Source: Ktedonobacterales bacterium (GTDB lineage Bacteria > Chloroflexota > Ktedonobacteria > Ktedonobacterales > JADMIN01). From it: a stretch of DNA of 32,000 bases. Location of the stretch: contig CP126532.1 in the NCBI GenBank assembly GCA_030167145.1, positions 90,001 to 122,000 of the forward strand, in the 5' to 3' direction. A model generated the notes under the pieces. That model worked only from the letters and a program-made list of their open reading frames with translations, made no database searches and was not told the DNA's origin. The position numbers and the translations under genes were made by a program. Shown here in pieces: positions 8,514 through 15,996 of this stretch; the stretch's first letter is position 1, and each line of letters begins with the position of its first letter.

Positions 8514-10532
8514 ATGCCCCGTGACTTGCCACTCGCCAATGGACATCTGCTTATCAACTTCGATACCCGCTACAATCTGCGCGACATCTACTGGCCGCAT
8601 ATTGGCTCGCGCAACCATACCCAGGGCCACATGAACCGCACGGGGATATGGGTGGACGGCAAGTTCGCCTGGATCGGCGACGATGGTTGGCAGCGTGATC
8701 TGCACTATCACGACGATTCGCTTACAACAGAGGTGGTGCTCTCACACGATGGCCTCCAACTCACAATCACGTGTACTGATGTGGTGGATTTCGACCGCGA
8801 TATCCTCATCCGCTGCCTGCACGTGACAAATGACGCTGACCACCCACGCGAGGTGCGCCTCTTCTTTCATTATGACTGGCACATTGGCGAGAGCGAAGGC
8901 GCGAACACGGTCTGCTATCGTCCCGACCTCAAGACACTGATTGCGTACAAGGATCGCTGTACGATCATGCTGGGCGGATTAGTTGGCGACAGCGCAGCAG
9001 GCGCACCGCAGGAATCACGACATGCAGACGAGGGTATTCATTCCTGGGCGACCGGATACAAAGAAGTGAATGGGCAGCAAGGCACTTGGGTGGATGCTGA
9101 AGATGGTGTCCTCGGTGGCAATCCTATCGCGCAGGGGTCAGTAGATAGCTGTTGCAGCTTCTCCCTTGGCCAGGTTGCTTTTGGTGGCTCGCGGACCTGC
9201 TATCACTGGCTCGCTATTGCGGATTCGTTCTTTAACGCGCGGAAACTGCATTTGATGGTAATGAAGCGAGGTCCAGATAGCTTTATTAACCGGACGCATA
9301 ATTATTGGCATCTTTGGGTTACGAATAAGCCGCTGGAATTCGGTGACTTGCCGCAGCCATTGGTTGACCTCTACAAGCGTAGTCTGCTCATTATTCGCAC
9401 GCAGGTAGATAACGATGGCGCGGTGATCGCGGCTACCGACGGCGACGTGTGGGCGTTCTCCCGCGATACCTATGCCTATATGTGGCCTCGCGATGGCGCG
9501 CTGGTGGCTAACGCACTAAGTCACTCAGGCTATTCCGACATCACGAGCGCGTTCTTCCATTTCTGCGCGCGTGTCATGACCGAAGATGGCTATTTGCTGC
9601 ATAAATACACCCCCGAAGGCGCTGTGGGTAGTAGTTGGCAGCCCTGGACAGACGAGCACGGACAGTTCACGCTGCCGATTCAAGAGGATGAGACTGCGCT
9701 CGTGGTCTATGCGCTCTGGCAACACTACACCCTCTTCCATGAAGTAGAATTCGTTCGGCCACTGTATCGTCCGCTTGTCAAGGCTGCCGCCGAATTCATG
9801 GTCTCCTTTCGCGACACCATCACAAAACTTCCAGCCGCATCATGGGATCTCTGGGAGGAGCGGCGAGGTGTCCATGCATATTCGGTTGCCGCGGTTTATG
9901 CTGGCCTCACTGCCGCCGCCAATTTCGCGCGTGTCTTCGGTGACACAGATCTTGAAGAGAAATATGCCCGCGCGGCAGAGGAGATCAAAGACGCGACACG
10001 ACAATATCTCTGGAGTGATTCAGCCGGACGATTCTTGCGTCGCATCACGGTTCAGCCAGATGGCACAATCGTGCCAGACATGACTATTGACGCCAGCGTC
10101 AATGCTCTCTACGCATTTGGCATGTTCTCGCCTACCAGCCAGGAGATCCGTCAGACAATGGAGGCTGTCGAGCAACGCCTTACCATCAAGACGGCAGTAG
10201 GTGGCGTGGCGCGCTACGAAAACGACTACTATCATCAAGTGAGCCATGACATCGCCAGCGTTCCTGGGAACCCCTGGTTTATTTGCTCATGCTGGATCGC
10301 CGAGTATCACATTGCCAAGGCTACGACCGTAAACGAGCTACACGCCGCCTTGCCGTTGCTAGAATGGGTACGAGCACGAGCGCTACCAAGTGGTGTGCTG
10401 GCAGAGCAGATAGACCCGTATAGCGATGCGCCGCTTTCCGTATCACCGCTCACCTGGAGTCATGCGGAATATGTCTCGGCGATTCGTTGGTATGCGGGCA
10501 AGTACCACCGCTTGACAGCAATTCAAAGCTGA
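8514..10532 (+). CDS. Glycoside hydrolase family 15 protein (glucoamylase/trehalase-like)
   Basis: 672 aa. N-terminal beta-sandwich region ('LANGHLLINFDTRYNLRDIYWPHIG') and a catalytic (alpha/alpha)6 region with 'YMWPRDGA', 'QEDETALV' and 'SWDLWEERRGVHAYS'. AGGAGG at 8498-8503. Confidence 0.88.
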   Translation: MPRDLPLANGHLLINFDTRYNLRDIYWPHIGSRNHTQGHMNRTGIWVDGKFAWIGDDGWQRDLHYHDDSLTTEVVLSHDGLQLTITCTDVVDFDRDILIRCLHVTNDADHPREVRLFFHYDWHIGESEGANTVCYRPDLKTLIAYKDRCTIMLGGLVGDSAAGAPQESRHADEGIHSWATGYKEVNGQQGTWVDAEDGVLGGNPIAQGSVDSCCSFSLGQVAFGGSRTCYHWLAIADSFFNARKLHLMVMKRGPDSFINRTHNYWHLWVTNKPLEFGDLPQPLVDLYKRSLLIIRTQVDNDGAVIAATDGDVWAFSRDTYAYMWPRDGALVANALSHSGYSDITSAFFHFCARVMTEDGYLLHKYTPEGAVGSSWQPWTDEHGQFTLPIQEDETALVVYALWQHYTLFHEVEFVRPLYRPLVKAAAEFMVSFRDTITKLPAASWDLWEERRGVHAYSVAAVYAGLTAAANFARVFGDTDLEEKYARAAEEIKDATRQYLWSDSAGRFLRRITVQPDGTIVPDMTIDASVNALYAFGMFSPTSQEIRQTMEAVEQRLTIKTAVGGVARYENDYYHQVSHDIASVPGNPWFICSCWIAEYHIAKATTVNELHAALPLLEWVRARALPSGVLAEQIDPYSDAPLSVSPLTWSHAEYVSAIRWYAGKYHRLTAIQS

Positions 10533-10533
10533 C

Positions 10534-10548
10534 GGTGGGCTGACCACC
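10534..10548. terminator. Short hairpin (GGTGG-gctga-CCACC) in the 22-nt gap between convergent genes
   Basis: Seen directly in the sequence. It is the only structure available between the GH15 stop and the stop of the opposing membrane-protein gene. It is a weak 5-bp stem. Confidence 0.25.
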
Positions 10549-10554
10549 AAAGTG

Positions 10555-11295
10555 TCACCTGTCGTGCATGTGAAAGCCTCGTCCACCGCGCGCTGGTAGG
10601 CGCCTCACTATTGGCCCAACCAGCGCACTGCCAAGAATGAGAAGGCCCACTCCCAGCGGCGCCCAGATATAGCCCTCACTTGCTGCTTCGAACAGCGCCC
10701 AGGCAATGGCGATGATACCGCAAGCAAGTATAGGAAACACCTCGATCAGCGCCGTCCCAGCAATCGGTCTTCTGACCCAGCGCATTGCTGGCTGTGGTAA
10801 CCAGCGCCCGCCTGCCAGCACGCCATATACCAGTATCAGGCACCCAGCCGCGCTGGTGAGTATGGTTCCGATAAGTGTGGTTCCTATGCCCTTACCAAAG
10901 CTTACCAGCAAATAACCCCAGATACAGCACAGTATGAGCACGAAAATGACTGCCACACCAAGCCGATTGGCCCAGGTCGCGGGACGTTCCTGTATCGGGA
11001 CATATCCTCTGCCTGTCAGTGGACGAAGCGGATCAAATGAACGCTCTGGCATCGAGGAGGGCACACGCATGAGTAAGGCCGCTCCCACCAGAAGGAGACC
11101 TACGGCGCAGACGGGCACGAGCTGTTGCACCCAAAGTGGGATATCCCATTGCTCTAGTGGCAAGAAGAAAAGCCCGAGAGCGAAAAGTACACACAAAAGG
11201 CCAAGGTACCCGATTCCAGTACCTCTATCGAGCCGATTGCGCGCGGAATCCTCACCAGGGCTGATTGGTGTGGTTTCTGGCTCGTGTGGATACAT
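10555..11295 (-). CDS. Hypothetical polytopic membrane protein
   Basis: 246-aa ORF with about 6 clear hydrophobic helices. The overlapping plus-strand ORF 10934-11710 is Ser/Arg/Cys-rich and looks like an antisense artefact. I recognised no family. Confidence 0.55.
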   Translation of the reverse strand: MYPHEPETTPISPGEDSARNRLDRGTGIGYLGLLCVLFALGLFFLPLEQWDIPLWVQQLVPVCAVGLLLVGAALLMRVPSSMPERSFDPLRPLTGRGYVPIQERPATWANRLGVAVIFVLILCCIWGYLLVSFGKGIGTTLIGTILTSAAGCLILVYGVLAGGRWLPQPAMRWVRRPIAGTALIEVFPILACGIIAIAWALFEAASEGYIWAPLGVGLLILGSALVGPIVRRLPARGGRGFHMHDR

Positions 11296-11788
11296 ATATC
11301 TATGTTGCCTCCCCCATTACCCTGATGTCGCCTGCATTGCATTCAATCACATGGTCTGCCGCAGAGCACAGAATATGCGTATTGACTGGCAACTATCAAC
11401 TCTGAGGCAAGCATCGGGTTGCGTGTTGCTCTACGATGCTGCCCATTCGCATATTACTCTGACAGGCGCAGATGAAATCACATTCTTGTCTTTCAGCATT
11501 GCCTCACCTATACTCTTTTATATCGTCTGTTTTCACATTCATCGCTCTTCCTGTGTCTGGGCGACAGCCCACCAGGATGCATCCCTACCGGGTGCGATGC
11601 TCTGCTATGACGCACAGGCGTTGCGTCACGTATCGTGGGCGTCACGTTTCCGGATGCCTGCTCAACGTGCCCATGGGGTGTCTGTAACCAGAGTACGTAT
11701 TTCCTCTTAGTTACACGAGCGGCAACACGCACAGTGTGGCGCGACGTGGCCGCTGCAAGATGCAGCGCACAAAGCGGGAGGCGAGTAC

Positions 11789-12364
11789 GTGATGATACGG
11801 AGGTCGCAGGTGCATCAAGACAGCCGCTTTGCGTCTGACCAGATCACCCCGACACAGAGCCTCGAAAATCTCTACGAGCGACACCTCACTGCGATATACC
11901 GCTTCATTTACTCGAAGGTTGGCAACCGAGAGGAAGCAGAGGATCTGACATCTCAGGTGTTTACGAAGGCGCTGCGCAGCCTTGACAGCGCACGTGACGC
12001 CGAGAGTATACAAGGATGGCTTTTCCAGGTAGCGCGTACCACAATAGCTGACCATTGGCGCGAGTTTTATCGTTTGCGTACCGACTCATTGGAGGTGTTG
12101 ATCGAGGCAGGGTGGGAAGCGCGTGCGGCAGACGAGGATGTTCCGTCTGCATCATCTGCTGACCGTGCCCAGCGCATTCTCTATCAACTGCCAGCGCGAT
12201 ATCGTGAGGTGCTGACCTATCGCTTCCTGATGAACTACTCCATCCGTGAAACCGCGGAAAAGCTCGGGCTAACCGAAGCTAATGTAAAGGTCCTCCAGTA
12301 TCGTGCTCTGCAGAAAGCCGCTGAGATTGGTATCCGCTCATCGCAAACGTCAACAGATGGCTGA
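11789..12364 (+). CDS. RNA polymerase sigma-70 family ECF (group 4) sigma factor
   Basis: Region 2 is 'LYERHLTAIYRFIYSKVGNREEAEDLTSQVFTKAL...GWLFQVARTTIADHWRE'. Region 4 is 'LPARYREVLTYRFLMNYSIRETAEKLGLTEANVKVLQYRALQK'. GGGAGG at 11776-11781. The start is either GTG 11789 or ATG 11792. Confidence 0.9.
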   Translation: MMIRRSQVHQDSRFASDQITPTQSLENLYERHLTAIYRFIYSKVGNREEAEDLTSQVFTKALRSLDSARDAESIQGWLFQVARTTIADHWREFYRLRTDSLEVLIEAGWEARAADEDVPSASSADRAQRILYQLPARYREVLTYRFLMNYSIRETAEKLGLTEANVKVLQYRALQKAAEIGIRSSQTSTDG

Positions 12365-12385
12365 CGTGCTCATTTTGGAGTTCTC

Positions 12386-13291
12386 ATGAGCTCACATGAC
12401 AACAACCAACAACCTGAATCCGCTGGAACTGGCGACCAGAACCTATCGGGCGAACTGATAGACGGCGTTCTTCCGTCTACGGAGCGGGTCGAGCACTTTA
12501 CGCATCTCCATGAACACATCGAGCATTTGCGCGCAGACAAAGCTCCTCCGCCGCCCAATGACATCACGGCTGAAGAAGCGCACATGTATCAAATGGCTGC
12601 TGCATTGCGCTCCGCCGCGCCAGGGGCCGATGATCCCGATCCGCTGTTCCTCGCGAAGATGCGTGTCCAGATTCGCGGGCAATTCGCTGGAGAGGACCAG
12701 CAGCCGTCACCTGCTCCCATACCCGCACAGGCCGTGGCTCAATCGAGGCGTCCACTGACACGCCGTTCACTTCTCGGTGCGGGCCTAACTGCCGCTGCCG
12801 CTGCCGTCGCTGGTGTGGCCGCAGGCGCGGCTATCGAGCGTGCCAGCACGGGTGTTGCCCCCGATAGCAATGTTCCACTGGTGCAAGCTGGTGAAGGTGA
12901 GTGGGTTGCAGTGGCTGCTGTTGCGGATGTCCCTGTTGGCGCGGTCAAACGATTCACAACGCCTTATGTCGTTGGATTCCTGCGCCATACCCCAACAGGG
13001 TTCGTCGCACTCTCTGGAGTCTGCACCCACATGGGGTGCTTCCTGAACTGGAATGCGCTCGATCAAACGTTTGACTGTCCCTGCCATGGTGGGCGTTTCA
13101 GCGCAAATGGCACGTCCGCGCCATCATCGCACATTACTTACCGTCCGCTCCCACACATCCAGGCACGGGTAGACGGTGATCAGGTGTGGGTATACGTGGT
13201 GCCAGCACGTGATGACACCAATGGGACGGGGGGGTCATGGAATCTGCCAACGGGGGGATATGGCGGCCAGACCTCGGGAACTGGAGGCTAG
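12386..13291 (+). CDS. Membrane-anchored Rieske [2Fe-2S] protein with a ~120-aa N-terminal extension; putative anti-sigma/sensor partner of the ECF sigma
   Basis: It starts 21 nt after the sigma gene and has a GGAG RBS. A twin-arginine-like motif 'TRRSLLGAG' is followed by an Ala-rich helix (aa ~125-150). The Rieske boxes are 'CTHMGC' (aa 213-218) and 'CPCHGG' (aa 231-236). The tail is Gly-rich. Confidence 0.85.
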   Translation: MSSHDNNQQPESAGTGDQNLSGELIDGVLPSTERVEHFTHLHEHIEHLRADKAPPPPNDITAEEAHMYQMAAALRSAAPGADDPDPLFLAKMRVQIRGQFAGEDQQPSPAPIPAQAVAQSRRPLTRRSLLGAGLTAAAAAVAGVAAGAAIERASTGVAPDSNVPLVQAGEGEWVAVAAVADVPVGAVKRFTTPYVVGFLRHTPTGFVALSGVCTHMGCFLNWNALDQTFDCPCHGGRFSANGTSAPSSHITYRPLPHIQARVDGDQVWVYVVPARDDTNGTGGSWNLPTGGYGGQTSGTGG

Positions 13292-14733
13292 ATGCGGAAC
13301 CGCGAAGGCAGAATAGCGATTGCTTCGCGATATTTTGCCACAGTGCGTCGCGCAAGCGGCATCCCCTGTTCGGTAAGCAAGACCGCTAGTTCCTCATCGC
13401 TGTACGGCTTCGCGGGATCTTCACTGGCAATCAGTTCACGAAGAATATCCTTCGCCGCGAGCGAGCCATCAAAAAAGTCATCAAAGGGAACTGTAGCACC
13501 AGTGGGCAGAAGTACATACTTGTTTGCTGTCGCTCTGCTTACAGTAGATTCGTGCAAACTCACGTATCCTGCAAGCTCCCCTCGTGTCAATGGACGTAGA
13601 GAGCGCACACCATGCTCAAGATACTCGCGCTGATAGTCAATAAGCGCGTTTGCGATGCAGCGTAAAGTTTCCCAGCGCTGATGCACACAGTCTACAAAGA
13701 ACTTTGCGCGTGTGGAGTATTCGCGTATGTGCAACCGATCCTGATCATTGAGCGCCGCGTGCGCACGACCAGCTACTCGCGACTGGTGATACAGGGCAGA
13801 ATACAATGGGCTTACATTGAAGCGGAAGCGGCGTTCCTCCATGACTTCGGCCTCAAACCCCTCATCGGTCTTGCGGATAACAACATCCGGTCGAATGACG
13901 GCGCTGCGATCCGATGCCAGCGAGAGGCCTATATCGGGCACATCGGCTGCTTCGAACGCATGCGCGGGGTACGGGTTCAAGTTCACGCGAATGAAGCGCC
14001 AGGCGTGTTTCACCTGTGTCACGGTCACGCCAGCCTCACGGGCAATTTCGGCGAAATGGTGCTCCCCAAGAGCGTGCAGGTGATGTTCGATGAGTATCCT
14101 GGCCAATTCAGGAACATCGTCGTCTGCGAAGGAATGCAACTGTATCAGTAGACACTCGCGCAGATCACGTGCCCCGATTCCTGGCGGATCAAGCGACTGC
14201 AATACGGCGAGTGTTCGTTCCACACGACATGCGGCGACACGCAGAGTCGCCGCAGCGTCGTTGACCGAAGTCGTGATATAGCCGTGTGAGTTTAGGTTGC
14301 CAACTAAGTATTCCGCGATTGGCGCATCTTCATTCGGGATAATCGCCCCGAGCTGTCGTAGCAAGTAATCTTGTAGTGTTCCAATGTTGCGCACATAATC
14401 GAGCGGATCGTACTCGTTGTCTTCCTGGGCGCTCAGATCTATGCCACGTGCGGCAGGTTCTTCCCAGAATATTTCACCCCTTGATGGGTTGTCTGAACTC
14501 TCCACCGCCGCGCGATCACATGTAGCGCATAGTCCCATCCGCAGGGGAGCGCCACACGTGAGGCATTGGGTCAACTCCTCGGCTTCTAGCGCGGGATTTT
14601 CGCTCAATTCCCGCGCAATCGTCTGTTCCAACTCCTCAGCGGAACACTGAAGAATCTTGATAGATGCAATGAGCTTTGGAGAAATATTGAACGCTTGTTG
14701 CGTTGTAGGGAGTTGCGCCTGATCCAAATACAT
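13288..14733 (-). CDS. rpoN: RNA polymerase sigma-54 factor
   Basis: The C-terminal RpoN box is '[20 protein letters not shown]'. The HTH region is '[22 protein letters not shown]'. The N-terminus is 'MYLDQAQL...[34 protein letters not shown]'. I prefer the ATG at 14733, which has AAGGTGG upstream and gives the usual M-x-L-x-Q N-terminus, over the GTG at 14754. Confidence 0.9.
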   Translation of the reverse strand: MYLDQAQLPTTQQAFNISPKLIASIKILQCSAEELEQTIARELSENPALEAEELTQCLTCGAPLRMGLCATCDRAAVESSDNPSRGEIFWEEPAARGIDLSAQEDNEYDPLDYVRNIGTLQDYLLRQLGAIIPNEDAPIAEYLVGNLNSHGYITTSVNDAAATLRVAACRVERTLAVLQSLDPPGIGARDLRECLLIQLHSFADDDVPELARILIEHHLHALGEHHFAEIAREAGVTVTQVKHAWRFIRVNLNPYPAHAFEAADVPDIGLSLASDRSAVIRPDVVIRKTDEGFEAEVMEERRFRFNVSPLYSALYHQSRVAGRAHAALNDQDRLHIREYSTRAKFFVDCVHQRWETLRCIANALIDYQREYLEHGVRSLRPLTRGELAGYVSLHESTVSRATANKYVLLPTGATVPFDDFFDGSLAAKDILRELIASEDPAKPYSDEELAVLLTEQGMPLARRTVAKYREAIAILPSRFRI

Positions 14734-14792
14734 TTCGTGGTAACCACCTTGCACTGGACCACGCCACGATCAACGCGAATTCGCGACATGGA

Positions 14793-15137
14793 TTAGTTAA
14801 TGCCAAGTTCCCACCGGGCATCTTCGCTCATACGTTCTGGTGTCCACGGTGGATCGTAGGTTAACGTCACATTGCAGGCCTCGACGCCAGGTACATCCTT
14901 GACACGCCCTTCCACCTCCGCCATTACCTCTGGACCAACCGGGCAGCCGATCGAGGTGAGCGTCATGGTCACATCTACTACCGTCCCTTCCACCTTCAAG
15001 GTGTAGACAAGGCCGAGGTCCACAATGTTGACCGGGATTTCCGGGTCGTAGCACTCCCGTAGAGCGATCAGCACTTCATCAGTGCTTATCTCCGTCGCAC
15101 CTATTACTTCGATTTGCGTCTGTGTCTCTTCGGCCAT
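14793..15137 (-). CDS. sufT: DUF59/MIP18-family Fe-S cluster assembly factor (SufT-like)
   Basis: 'YDPEIPVNIVDLGLVY...VDVTMTLTSIGCPVGPEV...TYDPPWTPERMSEDAR' is the canonical DUF59 pattern. AGGAG lies 6 nt upstream of the ATG. Confidence 0.85.
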   Translation of the reverse strand: MAEETQTQIEVIGATEISTDEVLIALRECYDPEIPVNIVDLGLVYTLKVEGTVVDVTMTLTSIGCPVGPEVMAEVEGRVKDVPGVEACNVTLTYDPPWTPERMSEDARWELGIN

Positions 15138-15302
15138 GAACGACTCCTATGATCTGCGGCGTGCATAAGAACTGAAGGCCAGGCAGTGCCTCTACGGCAC
15201 GCCATTCCTGCCTCTGATATATGTCCACTATACCCCTTGCGACCCACAGGGGTCAAAGCGAGCTAGTGACAATTTTGGTGGATGTGGCCCATTTTTGAGG
15301 TG

Positions 15303-15839
15303 CTAGAGTGTGTCCAGTGCGGCAAGTAATGCTGGTGTCATCGGTAAGTCACCAGTGCGGCGCCCAGCTTCAATGTCCGCAAGTGTAAAAAACTGGCCTC
15401 CATCAGTCTCATGTGGATTGAAGTCGAACGGACCGTTCGACCACGCGAGATATATGGCGGTCATTTCTGTTTCATAGGCGGATCGAATCAACAGTTTTGC
15501 CCTATACGTAAGGGGCAGACTTAGACCGAGTTCTTCTTCCATTTCGCGCGCTGCCGTCACATCATATGTTTCACCGCTCATCACATGGCCAGACGCTGAC
15601 GCACAGTAGTATCCGGGAAATAGATCCTTGGTTTGTGAGCGCCGCTGCAGCAGCACCTGCCCCTTATCATCGAACACTAATACCTGCACGCTGCGGTGAA
15701 GTAGCACGGGGTTCTGATGGGCGTCGCCACGACGGACCTGCCCAATGACCTGATCGTTGTTATTGATCAGATCAAATACTTCATCAGGATTGTCACCGGG
15801 GAGCGCATTGTCTCCTTCGGCGGAGTTCCCGATACCCAT
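15303..15839 (-). CDS. NUDIX hydrolase (IDI-like subfamily fold, but lacking the isomerase catalytic Cys)
   Basis: The Nudix box is 'GHVMSGETYDVTAAREMEEELGL'. 'LHRSVQVLVFDDKGQVLLQRRSQTKDLFPGYY' resembles type-1 IPP isomerases. The position of the catalytic Cys reads 'ASASGH'. Confidence 0.8.
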   Translation of the reverse strand: MGIGNSAEGDNALPGDNPDEVFDLINNNDQVIGQVRRGDAHQNPVLLHRSVQVLVFDDKGQVLLQRRSQTKDLFPGYYCASASGHVMSGETYDVTAAREMEEELGLSLPLTYRAKLLIRSAYETEMTAIYLAWSNGPFDFNPHETDGGQFFTLADIEAGRRTGDLPMTPALLAALDTL

Positions 15840-15996
15840 AAAATTACCCTTACCTATACAACAACCTGCGGCGTGAGCTGCTCAAAGTCTATCGCCTAGG
15901 GCATCCACCCTGTCCTGAGAGAGTATCAGGCAAGTGAGTAAGGGTTTGCAATACGCCAAGGGCGTCGCACTTCGAAATGCTCCAACGCGAATGCGC

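Noticed and set aside
15303-15839. NUDIX protein as type-1 isopentenyl-diphosphate isomerase.
   Set aside because: The overall pattern resembles IDI-1, but the catalytic Cys position reads Ser ('ASASGH'). Calling it a generic NUDIX hydrolase is safer.
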